Positions 8,553 to 20,020 of a stretch of 64,000 bases of DNA are shown here, one piece after another. Positions within the stretch are counted from its first letter, which is position 1, and each line of letters begins with the position of its first letter. A program made the translations under genes and the position numbers. A model generated the notes under the pieces. The model saw only the letters and a list, made by a program, of their open reading frames with translations. It was not told where the DNA came from and did not search any database. Location of the stretch: positions 65,201-129,200 of the forward strand of contig CALWKF010000001.1 in assembly GCA_944381215.1 (NCBI GenBank), given 5' to 3'. This DNA is from an uncultured Clostridia bacterium. GTDB lineage: Bacteria; Bacillota; Clostridia; Christensenellales; UBA1242.

Positions 8553-10772
8553 GTGTTCGGCCTATCCTTTGCTCAATTTATCAAAAACTCCAGCAACCCA
8601 GTAAACGCATTTACCGTTAGTAGCTCAAATGCGGTCATAGTTCCTCAACTATGGAACAGCAGTACACAGTCTTTTAACCGTGATGCAATGTCTACGCTAC
8701 TTAAGTACATATCAAGCGATGGTTCCATTAATAGAGTAAACACCACTCAACAAACCGCGGCAGATATTCGTGGATACACCTATAACGGCAAAACAAATAG
8801 TCAGGCAGTAGTAGTAACCATAGGCGATTATCAGTGGCAAGTAGTCTACCTTACTCGCACAAACAACACCAGTGGTGATCGTATAGCCACACTCTTAATG
8901 GTAGACAATGGTGGCACCGCTTCATTTAGTCACGGTGGATATGATAGAGGTAACAACTGGACAGGTGCTTATCCCTCCAATATGTATGGTGCTAGTTACC
9001 TTCGTGCTGTTACGCTAAACAATGGTGGAACGTACGCTAATATTACTGTTACTTATAGTAATTCATACTCAACTGCAACAGCAACTCAGTCCTCATCTCA
9101 TAAATACGCTTTATATACGGTAGCCTCACAAGGACTAACTAATTACTTAGTACAGCCTAAAAATGTATGGTATCAAACACGGGCTCAACTAACAGGCAGT
9201 GCTAATCCAGAAGGTTACACTTTAAACAACGAGTCTCTATCCACAACCATAAGTACAGGCTGGAACAACAATAATGCTTCTACTTACTCTTATCAATCTA
9301 AAGCCAACTACACGCAGTGGAGGAATGACTATCTCTGGTGTCCTAGCCTTTCAGAAACAGGTACAAGTAATTCTAAGTTAGGTATTTGGGAGTTATCCAC
9401 AACAGAACGTTCAGCTTCTACTGATTGGTGGTCGCGGTCTGGTGGCTATTCTAATTCGGACTCTGCTTACTACCTTGATTCCTCCGGCTCCAGCTGTAAT
9501 GACAGCGTTGTGCACTATAACAACGGCGTGCGGGTAGCGCTTCACTTAAATCTTGATAAAATTGCTCAAGATTTAACATACGCAATAACTGCCACATCGG
9601 ATACACAAAGTATCGTAGATAAAAATTCGTTAGAATACTACTTATTATTAAACGCCGAAGTTACCTTTACATATACTGCAAACCCCAATTATTATATAAA
9701 TCAAGTTCAAATTGGTTCTACTACAGTAACTAATTTCCAAACTACAATACCTAGTAGTTTTACTAACGCGGGTACTTTTCAATACAAGGCATATAGAGTA
9801 AATAATAGTAATAGTGTAAGTGTGGTGTTAAAGTCACTTACTACCGATTTAAATTTATCGTGTAGTGCGCAATCATACATTAATATCTCCACCGAAAACG
9901 CGGCGGTAACCGTAAATAGTTATAATCGAACGAATTATTTTTCTACGACCGCTACAATTTCCGTTCAACAAAATGTGGCATACACCCAGAGGTTTAGATT
10001 ACCAAGCCAAAACTGGATAGATATTAGCACAACTGCCTCGGGCGATGGTTATGTCGGCAGTATTTATTACCAGTACACGACCGCCAATAATGTTATAACC
10101 CTAAATTTCGAAAACCTCACCTTAGGCACAGTTTTTGAGGTCATCTTCAGCGGAGATGAGAAACCACTCTCATACACTGCAACGGGTGGCACGGCGACCT
10201 TCGAGGAATTTATAGATGATGAGGGCTACACCAATATAATCGTGCGCCCAGCAGAAGGCTATTATGTGAACACGATTACGGTCGACAACGTGGCCTTTAC
10301 TGTCGAGTACTACCGCGCCGAAATCATGGGGGCGGGCAATGCTCGAATTATCGGCTACACCGTAAAGGACACCAACAACGTGCTCGACTTGTGGCTCGTT
10401 GGGCAGTACGACAACTCCAACATCGTTTTCAACCTCTCCACAACTCGCCCTACCTACAGAGTCCCCGCGACAGGTGGGGCGGTTACTGGCACGGTAGTTA
10501 CTGCTGGTGCTGGCGGTGAAGCGCGCATTGTGGGCTTTGACTCAAGCGACACCGCAGATACTGACACTCTTACCTTTATCGCGGTAAGTTACTCGGGCTA
10601 CGCCTTCTCGGGCTGGGAGGTCGACGGCCAAATTCTCTCGGGCTACGGTTCGAATGCCTCGATTCCGTATTCGCTAGTTAAGGACAAAGTGGTAACCGCA
10701 GTCTTTACACCCACTTCGAATAACTCCGCAAACGGCACCACCGACAACCCCTGGGGCTCCGACATCGCCTAA
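8553..10772 (+). CDS. large secreted/surface protein, paralogue A: WWSRSG...GVRxALHLNL head (DUF6273-like) plus InlB-B-repeat-like C-terminus; as sequenced it lacks its signal anchor
   Basis: 739-aa ORF starting at an internal GTG with no RBS. Residues ~20-340 are highly similar by eye to the 60559-62511 product. The C-terminal YSGYAFSGWEVDGQ...VTAVFTP is a Listeria/Bacteroides-type B-repeat motif. Confidence 0.8.
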   Translation: MFGLSFAQFIKNSSNPVNAFTVSSSNAVIVPQLWNSSTQSFNRDAMSTLLKYISSDGSINRVNTTQQTAADIRGYTYNGKTNSQAVVVTIGDYQWQVVYLTRTNNTSGDRIATLLMVDNGGTASFSHGGYDRGNNWTGAYPSNMYGASYLRAVTLNNGGTYANITVTYSNSYSTATATQSSSHKYALYTVASQGLTNYLVQPKNVWYQTRAQLTGSANPEGYTLNNESLSTTISTGWNNNNASTYSYQSKANYTQWRNDYLWCPSLSETGTSNSKLGIWELSTTERSASTDWWSRSGGYSNSDSAYYLDSSGSSCNDSVVHYNNGVRVALHLNLDKIAQDLTYAITATSDTQSIVDKNSLEYYLLLNAEVTFTYTANPNYYINQVQIGSTTVTNFQTTIPSSFTNAGTFQYKAYRVNNSNSVSVVLKSLTTDLNLSCSAQSYINISTENAAVTVNSYNRTNYFSTTATISVQQNVAYTQRFRLPSQNWIDISTTASGDGYVGSIYYQYTTANNVITLNFENLTLGTVFEVIFSGDEKPLSYTATGGTATFEEFIDDEGYTNIIVRPAEGYYVNTITVDNVAFTVEYYRAEIMGAGNARIIGYTVKDTNNVLDLWLVGQYDNSNIVFNLSTTRPTYRVPATGGAVTGTVVTAGAGGEARIVGFDSSDTADTDTLTFIAVSYSGYAFSGWEVDGQILSGYGSNASIPYSLVKDKVVTAVFTPTSNNSANGTTDNPWGSDIA

Positions 10773-10853
10773 ACTTCTAGCAAGTTTTAACACAAATTGC
10801 TAGCAAATTTCGACACATAAATTGTTGCTAATTTACCTAAGTGTATTACGAAG

Positions 10854-10930
10854 AAACTACCATTTAATTGAATTTACCCCGAAAGTATTTTACTTCTGAG
10901 GTGTAATTCATCGGTGGTAGTTTTTTATTT
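10854..10930 (+). terminator. probable terminator of paralogue A
   Basis: aaactacca (10854-10862) pairs with tggtagttt (10915-10923) across a long loop, followed by a T run. Confidence 0.4.
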
Positions 10931-10970
10931 ATTAAATATATAAAGTCTCCATTTTAACGACTTGTACGAG

Positions 10971-10999
10971 TTGACAAAAATAACATATTTTGATAAACT
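10971..10999 (+). promoter_or_regulatory. sigma-A promoter for leuS
   Basis: TTGACA (10971-10976), 17-nt spacer, TGaTAAACT (10991-10999). Confidence 0.5.
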
Positions 11000-11027
11000 T
11001 AAATTTATAAATTCAAGGAGCAAGAAA

Positions 11028-13403
11028 ATGATACCATTTGATTATAAAGCAATAGAGGGAAAATGGCGTAAAAAGTGGGAAGAGACCGAGGTTTTCAAGA
11101 CCGACATCCGCGATTTTTCAAAGCCCAAATTTTACGCACTCGATATGATTCCGTACCCGTCAGGCCAAGGGCTACACATGGGCCACCCAATGGGCTACAC
11201 TGCGACCGACATCGTGTCCCGTATGAAGCGCATGCAGGGCTACAACGTGCTTCACCCAATCGGGTTCGACAGTTTCGGCCTTCCTGCCGAGCAGTTTGCC
11301 ATTAAAACTGGCAACCACCCAGGCGACTTCACCGACAAAAATATCGCCACATTCACGAGGCAGTTAAAGGCCATGGGATTTAGTTACGACTGGTCCAAGG
11401 AAATCTGCACGCACAAGCCCGACTACTACAAGTGGACTCAATGGATATTTGAGAGTTTATACAAGGACGGCTTCGCAAAGCACCAGCCCACATACGTAAA
11501 CTGGTGTGAAGGGCTAGACACCGTGCTTGCCGATGATGAGATTGTCGACGGCAAGAGCGAGCGCGGTGGCTTCCCAGTTGAAAAGAGACTTATGAAGCAG
11601 TGGACCCTAAACATCCCCGCATATGCTGAAAAACTGCTTTCTGGCCTCGACTCTCTACCAAATTGGCCAAATTCCACAAAAGAGGGTCAGCGCAATTGGA
11701 TAGGGCGGAGCGAGGGTGCCGAGGTTGAATTTAAAGTTGAAGACAGCGACCTAAGTTTCCGCGTTTTCACGACCCGCGCAGACACCTTGTTTGGCGTAAC
11801 TTACTGCGTGCTTTGTCCCGAGCACGACCTAATCAGCCGAATTACCACCTCCGCACAACGAGCCGAGGTCGAGGCCTACGTTCATGCGTGCGCTAGTAAG
11901 ACCGATATCGAGCGCACCGATATGAATGTTGAGAAAACTGGCGTGTTTACGGGCGCGTACGCAATAAACCCAGTAAATGGCGAGCGCGTGCCGATTTGGG
12001 TGGGCGACTATGTCCTAACATATGGTACGGGAGCCGTTATGGCAGTGCCCGCACACGACCAGCGCGACTATTTATTTAGTAAGGCGCACAATCTCCCCAT
12101 AAAGCGCGTAATCGAGGGTGGCGATCTCGAAATTGAAGCGTACACTGGCGACGGTGTCCACATAAATTCTAGCATTCTCGATGGCCTAAACAACGAGGAC
12201 GCAAAGAAAAAAATTATCTCTTGGCTCGAGGAAAAGGGCCTGGGCACTAGGAAAATTAACTACAAACTCCGCGAATGGACTTTTTCAAGACAAAGATACT
12301 GGGGCGAGCCGATTCCTGTCGTGTATCTTGAGGACGGCACCACGGTGCTAGACGAAAACCTGCCCCTAGTTCTGCCCGAAATGACCGATTACAAGGCAAA
12401 GCACGGCAAGCCTCCGCTAGACAACGCGACCGAGTGGAAGCAAGTTACCATAAACGGCAAACATGGCGAGCGCGAGACCTGCACAATGCCAGGCGCAGCC
12501 GCAACCAGTTGGTACTTCCTCCGTTTTATCGACCCGCACAATGACTCGCAAATCGCAGATATGGAATTACTAAAACACTGGATGCCAGTTGATTTGTATG
12601 TCGGCGGGGCGGAGCACACAGTAGGGCACCTACTTTACTCGCGCTTTTGGAATAACTACCTATTCGACAAAGACCTCAGCCCCGTTGCCGAGCCCTTTGA
12701 TAAACTTGTGCACCCAGGTATGCTACTAGGCGAAAACGGCGAAAAAATGAGCAAGAGTAAGGGCAATGTTATCAACCCCGACGACATCATCCGCGACTAC
12801 GGTGCAGATGTGCTACGAGTTTACGAGATGTTTATGGGCCCGATTACCGACGCAAAGCCGTGGAACACTCAAAACATCGAGGGCGCAAAACGCTTTATTC
12901 AAAAAGTTTGGTCGCTATATATAAACGACGACAAAATTAAAGACGCCGAGAACAAAAACCTAGAAAAGTTATATCACAAGACCGTAAAAAAGGTAACCGA
13001 GGACTACGAAAATTTAAGTTTTAACACCGCTATCAGTCAAATGATGATTTTTGTGAACGCCGTGCAGAAAGAAGAGGTTTTCCCATATGAATATGCGAGT
13101 GGCTTTATAAAACTACTTAACCCCGTCGCTCCATTTATCACCGAGGAAATTTGGGAGAGGGTGTTTGACGATAAAAACCTAATCGACTACCAGCCATGGC
13201 CCGAGTTTAACCCAAATCTCGTAAAGGATGACGAAATCGAGATTCCTGTGCAAATTAATGGCAAAGTTAAGGCAAGAATTACAATTTCCGTTGACGAGGA
13301 TGAGGAAAGTGTTCTATTCAAAGCAAAACAAGTAGTGAAACTCGACAATTTTGACAAGCAAATTTACATAAAAAATAAGATTGTCAACTTTATAAAAAAA
13401 TAA
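11028..13403 (+). CDS. leuS: leucine--tRNA ligase
   Basis: [19 protein letters not shown] start with AAGGAG RBS (the track's TTG 10962 sits in the promoter). HMGH and KMSKS motifs are present. Confidence 0.95.
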   Translation: MIPFDYKAIEGKWRKKWEETEVFKTDIRDFSKPKFYALDMIPYPSGQGLHMGHPMGYTATDIVSRMKRMQGYNVLHPIGFDSFGLPAEQFAIKTGNHPGDFTDKNIATFTRQLKAMGFSYDWSKEICTHKPDYYKWTQWIFESLYKDGFAKHQPTYVNWCEGLDTVLADDEIVDGKSERGGFPVEKRLMKQWTLNIPAYAEKLLSGLDSLPNWPNSTKEGQRNWIGRSEGAEVEFKVEDSDLSFRVFTTRADTLFGVTYCVLCPEHDLISRITTSAQRAEVEAYVHACASKTDIERTDMNVEKTGVFTGAYAINPVNGERVPIWVGDYVLTYGTGAVMAVPAHDQRDYLFSKAHNLPIKRVIEGGDLEIEAYTGDGVHINSSILDGLNNEDAKKKIISWLEEKGLGTRKINYKLREWTFSRQRYWGEPIPVVYLEDGTTVLDENLPLVLPEMTDYKAKHGKPPLDNATEWKQVTINGKHGERETCTMPGAAATSWYFLRFIDPHNDSQIADMELLKHWMPVDLYVGGAEHTVGHLLYSRFWNNYLFDKDLSPVAEPFDKLVHPGMLLGENGEKMSKSKGNVINPDDIIRDYGADVLRVYEMFMGPITDAKPWNTQNIEGAKRFIQKVWSLYINDDKIKDAENKNLEKLYHKTVKKVTEDYENLSFNTAISQMMIFVNAVQKEEVFPYEYASGFIKLLNPVAPFITEEIWERVFDDKNLIDYQPWPEFNPNLVKDDEIEIPVQINGKVKARITISVDEDEESVLFKAKQVVKLDNFDKQIYIKNKIVNFIKK

Positions 13404-13407
13404 CTTA

Positions 13408-13431
13408 AAAACCACACCACGTGGTTTTTTT
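13408..13431 (+). terminator. rho-independent terminator of leuS
   Basis: aaaaccac / gtggtttt stem with a 5-nt loop, then a T run. Confidence 0.75.
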
Positions 13432-13622
13432 GTGTATTTTGTCGAGAATTATTTTATATTTTATAATATTTTTTAAAAAGGAATAAAAAATTGCCGAAAA
13501 ATACTCGAGATTTAGTGAAAGTATCGAATAAAAACTTGGTTTGTCGAATTGATAAAATTCGCTAAATTTATTTTGATTTTTCGATAAATTTAGTATAAAC
13601 TTGCAGTCAGGAGGTTTTAGAT

Positions 13623-14018
13623 ATGTCAAATCAAGTTAGTATTAAAGCGTACGCAAAGCGCGCAAAACGCCGTATGGCGAGCGGTTACTGGGACAAGGTT
13701 AGAAAGGAGCGCGAGGAGTACATACAAAATAATCCCGCCGAGGATGCGCACAAAATTATCGAACTTTATGCTCGTAGATTGATGCGCGAGATTTATGCTG
13801 ATGAGCGGGATAATAAGGATAACGAAATTTATTCAAAAGTCGTTAAATTATTAAAGAGTAACACCTTTACCTCGAACCCAATCGGCCAGCTAATCGACCA
13901 CAACGAGTTCGACAGACTTGACAAACAGGCCCAGCAGAATTACATTATTAAACTAACCGATAAATATAACGAAATGCGCGAAAGATACGAGCGCGAGAAA
14001 CAATATCATTCATTGTGA
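13623..14018 (+). CDS. hypothetical charged helical protein
   Basis: AGGAGG RBS, terminator downstream, 131 aa rich in K/R/E. No motif recognised. Confidence 0.6.
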   Translation: MSNQVSIKAYAKRAKRRMASGYWDKVRKEREEYIQNNPAEDAHKIIELYARRLMREIYADERDNKDNEIYSKVVKLLKSNTFTSNPIGQLIDHNEFDRLDKQAQQNYIIKLTDKYNEMRERYEREKQYHSL

Positions 14019-14025
14019 TTTTTAG

Positions 14026-14058
14026 AGCCGTTTTGATTGCCAAAAACGGCTTTTTTTG
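14026..14058 (+). terminator. rho-independent terminator
   Basis: gccgtttt / aaaacggc stem followed by T7. Confidence 0.75.
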
Positions 14059-14090
14059 TTATAATTTTTTACATTACTAGGGGAGAAAAT

Positions 14091-16265
14091 ATGAGTATTG
14101 TTGATAATTTAAACGAAGAACAACGCCTTCCAGTCTTACAAAGCGAGGGGGCAGTATTGGTAACCGCAGGGGCGGGCAGTGGGAAAACTAGACTCTTAAC
14201 CCACCGCATCGCCTACTTAATTAAGGAAAAGGGAGTACCGCCCTATAACATCTTAGCAATAACTTTTACTAATAAAGCGGCAAACGAGATGAAAGAGCGA
14301 ATTAGTCGTATGGTCGATTGCGGGGACCAGGTCTGGGTGTCCACATTCCACCGCTTGTGCGTGCTGATTCTCAGGCGATTTATTGATAGGCTAGAGGGCT
14401 TTACTACTAACTTTACAATCTACTCAGACATCGAGCGCAACCGCGTGCTAAAAGAGATTTACCGCGAACTCGAGGTCGAGGATGACGATGTAAGAAAAAG
14501 TATCGACTACCACATTGGCAACCTAAAAAATACCAATGCCGACCCTGATGAGTATTTTAGTGCCCTCACTAATTACAACAGTGAACTAATCGAAAAGGCC
14601 TACTACATGTACCAGGACGCGCTAAAAAATAGCAACGCACTCGACTTCGATGACCTGCTGATTTTTACTTACAAGTTGCTAACCCAAAATCCCGATGTTA
14701 GGGAGTACTATCAGGACAAATTCCACTACATCCATGTCGACGAGTTTCAGGACACCAACACGATTCAGTACGAAATCGTGCGCATTCTAGCAGGTAAGTG
14801 GGGGAATATTTTGGTTGTCGGCGATGAGGACCAGTGTATTTACGGCTGGCGTGGCGCAAACATTGGAAATATTATTAACTTTAAAAAAGACTTTAAGGAC
14901 GCAAAAATATTCAAGCTCGAGCAAAATTACCGCTCCACCAAAAACATTTTAGCAGTTGCCAACCGCGTAATTGACAACAACACCCAGAGGCTAAAAAAGA
15001 CCCTTTGGACCGAGAACGAGCAGGGCGGGAATGTCTCATTCTTTGTCGGTAACAACGACCGTGAGGAGGCCGACCACGTTGCGCGCACGATTCGGGATTT
15101 AGTTACAAAGGGTTACAAGTATTCCGATTTTGCGATTCTTATGCGCCTAACCGCCCCTTCGCGCCTCTTTGAAGAATACATGCTAAATTATAACCTGCCA
15201 TATAAGATGCTGGGGGGCTTTAGGTTCTTCGAGCGCGCCGAAATTAAGGGCGTTACTGGGTACCTTCGTGCTCTCGTAAACCCCCGCGATAACGACAGTG
15301 TCCTGCGCATTCTAAACTACCCGAAGCGAGGCATAGGCGATGGCACTGTCGAGGTCATAAAGCAGTATGCAACGGGCGGAAGCCTACTCAATATTATTTT
15401 GCATCTGGAAAACTATCCGCTAACCCCCGCAGTCGTCAAAAAACTCAGCGCGTTTAGAGATTTATACCTAGATCTTAAAACCAAGTCCGAGCAAATGGGG
15501 CTTAGCGAGTTTGCAGATTACCTAGTCGATGCCGTGGGCTTTAAGACCGCCTTTAATACGGGAAATGACGAAGATATCAACAAACTGCAAAACATCGCCG
15601 AGTTCGTGTCCTCGGTAAAAGATTTTGAGGAAAACAACCCAGGTAGCACTCTAAAAGAGTACCTCGAGTCGATTACACTGGTTAGCGATATTGACTCAGT
15701 CGGCGAGGATGATGACTATGTCTTAATCTCGACTGTCCATGCAGTAAAAGGGCTCGAGTTCCGCGTGGTTTTCGTTACTGCAATGGAGGAGGGGCTGTTC
15801 CCAATCAACCGCGGTGGCGAGAGGCCTAGCGACATTGAGGAGGAGCGACGCCTTGCCTATGTCGCGGTTACTCGCGCAAAAGAGTCGCTATTTCTCTCAT
15901 ACAGCCGTAGTCGCTTTATGTACAACGAGGTAAAGTACCAGGAGCCCAGTCGATTTTTACGTGAAATGGGCTTTATCGAAAAACAAGACTACCTTAGGCC
16001 AAATTCCGCCTTTTACCAAAAGCCCAAGGCCGACACATCTAGCAGTATTCAAAACATCTTAAACCGCAAAATCGATGCGCAGAAAAAGGATGTCTCGGCA
16101 TTCACAAAGGGCACCCAGGTCCTGCACCCTAAATTCGGCGCGGGCGTTATTACCGACGACAGCAGTCTAAATAAAAACCGAATGGTAACAATAGATTTTG
16201 GGAACATGGGCTCGAAAACCCTGAGCCTCGATTACGCACCGCTACAAATCTTGAAAAGGAAGTAA
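14091..16265 (+). CDS. pcrA: ATP-dependent DNA helicase PcrA (UvrD family)
   Basis: MSIVDNLNEEQRLPV...AGAGSGKT...DEFQDTN...GDEDQCIY...QNYRST motifs. ATG 14091 sits behind a GGGGAG RBS (track start 14037 is upstream of the RBS). Confidence 0.93.
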   Translation: MSIVDNLNEEQRLPVLQSEGAVLVTAGAGSGKTRLLTHRIAYLIKEKGVPPYNILAITFTNKAANEMKERISRMVDCGDQVWVSTFHRLCVLILRRFIDRLEGFTTNFTIYSDIERNRVLKEIYRELEVEDDDVRKSIDYHIGNLKNTNADPDEYFSALTNYNSELIEKAYYMYQDALKNSNALDFDDLLIFTYKLLTQNPDVREYYQDKFHYIHVDEFQDTNTIQYEIVRILAGKWGNILVVGDEDQCIYGWRGANIGNIINFKKDFKDAKIFKLEQNYRSTKNILAVANRVIDNNTQRLKKTLWTENEQGGNVSFFVGNNDREEADHVARTIRDLVTKGYKYSDFAILMRLTAPSRLFEEYMLNYNLPYKMLGGFRFFERAEIKGVTGYLRALVNPRDNDSVLRILNYPKRGIGDGTVEVIKQYATGGSLLNIILHLENYPLTPAVVKKLSAFRDLYLDLKTKSEQMGLSEFADYLVDAVGFKTAFNTGNDEDINKLQNIAEFVSSVKDFEENNPGSTLKEYLESITLVSDIDSVGEDDDYVLISTVHAVKGLEFRVVFVTAMEEGLFPINRGGERPSDIEEERRLAYVAVTRAKESLFLSYSRSRFMYNEVKYQEPSRFLREMGFIEKQDYLRPNSAFYQKPKADTSSSIQNILNRKIDAQKKDVSAFTKGTQVLHPKFGAGVITDDSSLNKNRMVTIDFGNMGSKTLSLDYAPLQILKRK

Positions 16266-18227
<1,962 letters not shown>

Positions 18228-18281
18228 CAGAATTACCAAATGGTGGTATCATTTTCCTATTAAATATCAAGGATGTAAAAT

Positions 18282-18575
18282 ATGAGTATAACAATTGATG
18301 ATGTTAAGAAACTAGCAAAACTTTCGAGGCTAGAGTTTACCGAGGAGGAAACAAAGGAATTTGTAAAAGAATTCGAGGCAACTCTAAACCAGGTCGACGC
18401 GATTAACCGTGTCGATGTCAGCAATATCGACTTGCTCGAAAAAACTATTGATGCGGACACTGAATTGCGCAAGGATGAGATTACCCCTAGCCTAAGGGCA
18501 GACGAGATTGTTAGCAATGCCCCCGCGAGTGAAGACGGCGCATTTTTAGTACCTATTACGGTGGCGGAGGATTAG
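18282..18575 (+). CDS. gatC: Asp/Glu-tRNA amidotransferase subunit C
   Basis: MSITIDDVKKLAKLSRLEFTEEE is a typical GatC start. Precedes gatA and gatB. Confidence 0.93.
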   Translation: MSITIDDVKKLAKLSRLEFTEEETKEFVKEFEATLNQVDAINRVDVSNIDLLEKTIDADTELRKDEITPSLRADEIVSNAPASEDGAFLVPITVAED

Positions 18576-18576
18576 A

Positions 18577-20019
18577 ATGAAGTATTTAGATTACAGTTTG
18601 ACAGAAATTATCGAAAAATTAAAAGGTGGCGAGGTTACCTCGGTCGAATTGGTTAAGGAGTGCTTTGAGCGAATCAAAGAGACTGCTGACCTAAACGCGC
18701 TAAACTCGACATACGAGAAAGAAGCCTTGGCTCGCGCAAAGGCAATCGATGAGACACGTGGTAGAGGCGAGGACGTAGGAGTGTTAGGTGGTGTGCCTGT
18801 GGTGCTAAAGGATAATATAAACTACCTTGGCACCCGCACCACTTGCGCTAGTAAATTTTTGGAGAACTTCATCTCTCCATATACCGCGACCTGCGCTCAA
18901 AAACTCCACGATGCTGGTGCTATAGTTATAGCAAAGGCAAATATGGATGAGTTCGCTATGGGGAGTAGTAATGAAAACTCCGCTTTTGGCCCAGTAAAGA
19001 ATCCCGTTGACAACACCCGCGTGCCAGGTGGTAGTAGTGGCGGTAGTGCTTGTACAGTAAAGGCTAGACAGTGCTTTATGAGTCTAGGTACCGACACGGG
19101 TGGCTCTATTCGCGAGCCTAGCAGTTTTTGTGGCGTTGTCGGTATAAAGCCAACTTACGGCAGAGTATCGAGATACGGCGTAGTCGCTTTCGCAAGTTCG
19201 TTAGACCAGGTGGGCCCTCTAACTCGTACAGTTAGGGACAATGCGCTTGCTTTAAGTATTATCGCTGGTGCCGACCCTATGGACATGACCTCCTCACAGA
19301 CCGAGGTCCCAAATTACCTTAGTGACATAGATAAAGGCGTAAAAGGCCTAAAAATCGGCATGCCCAGTCAATTCTTTACCGACAAACTTAGCCCGAGTGT
19401 CCGTTCGTCACTAGACAAGGCAATCGAGTGGTACCGCGAAAATGGTGCCGAAATCGTGCCCGTAGAACTTCCTAGCGTAGACACCGCACTGGCTGTATAT
19501 TATGTCATTTCCTCTGCAGAGGCCGCTAGTAACCTCGCTCGCTTCGACGGCGTAAAATATGGCGTGCGTGCCGAGAATTATGAGGACGTGGTCGACCTTT
19601 ACTTTAAGTCGCGCACCCAGGGCTTTGGGAAAGAGGTAAAGCGTCGCATAATGCTCGGTAACTATGTATTAAGCAGTGGCTACTACGATGCCTTTTACCG
19701 CAAGGCAAAACGCGTGCAAAAGGTAATTAGACAGGAATTTTTGTCCGCACTCGAAAAATGCGACTGCCTAATCAGTCCAACCACCGCGACTCCCGCCTTT
19801 AAACTGGGGGAGAAGGCAAACGACCATGTCGCAATGTACTTAACCGACATTTTTACCGTGCCAGTAAACATCGCTGGCGTGCCAGCCCTTAGTCTACCTT
19901 GCGGGGTGGACGAAGAGGGGCTACCAATCGGTATGCAACTAATTGGAAAACACTTTGACGAGGCAATGCTATACAGAGTAGCAAACGCCTTTGAATTAGC
20001 ACACAAGGAGGGCAAGTAA
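18577..20019 (+). CDS. gatA: Asp/Glu-tRNA amidotransferase subunit A
   Basis: Amidase signature GGSSGGSA...GTDTGGSIR. Confidence 0.96.
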   Translation: MKYLDYSLTEIIEKLKGGEVTSVELVKECFERIKETADLNALNSTYEKEALARAKAIDETRGRGEDVGVLGGVPVVLKDNINYLGTRTTCASKFLENFISPYTATCAQKLHDAGAIVIAKANMDEFAMGSSNENSAFGPVKNPVDNTRVPGGSSGGSACTVKARQCFMSLGTDTGGSIREPSSFCGVVGIKPTYGRVSRYGVVAFASSLDQVGPLTRTVRDNALALSIIAGADPMDMTSSQTEVPNYLSDIDKGVKGLKIGMPSQFFTDKLSPSVRSSLDKAIEWYRENGAEIVPVELPSVDTALAVYYVISSAEAASNLARFDGVKYGVRAENYEDVVDLYFKSRTQGFGKEVKRRIMLGNYVLSSGYYDAFYRKAKRVQKVIRQEFLSALEKCDCLISPTTATPAFKLGEKANDHVAMYLTDIFTVPVNIAGVPALSLPCGVDEEGLPIGMQLIGKHFDEAMLYRVANAFELAHKEGK

Positions 20020-20020
20020 T

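Noticed and set aside
10780-11027. T-box leader upstream of leuS (tcggtggtag resembles the T-box GGTGGTA core)
   Set aside because: The hairpin plus T run lies upstream of a good TTGACA-17-TAAACT promoter (10971-10999). It is therefore better explained as the terminator of the preceding gene. I could not find a specifier loop or the full conserved T-box sequence.
10962-11027. Upstream-extended starts given by the ORF track (leuS 10962, pcrA 14037, yloV 27306, rimM 3783, 38174, 43308, 53152, rpmB 26782)
   Set aside because: In each case an internal ATG sits behind a clear Shine-Dalgarno sequence and gives the canonical family N-terminus. The extensions overlap promoters or RBS sequences.
13449-13560. 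Direct repeats TTGTCGAGAATT / TTGTCGAATTG upstream of the 13623 gene as operator sites
   Set aside because: The repeats are short, imperfect and in AT-rich DNA. This is not distinguishable from chance without comparative data.
13405-13629. Minus-strand 74-aa ORF, and the similar 1443-1649 plus-strand ORF, in AT-rich intergenic DNA
   Set aside because: They cover terminator and promoter regions, have no RBS, and show an AT-driven Lys/Phe/Ile-rich composition typical of spurious ORFs.
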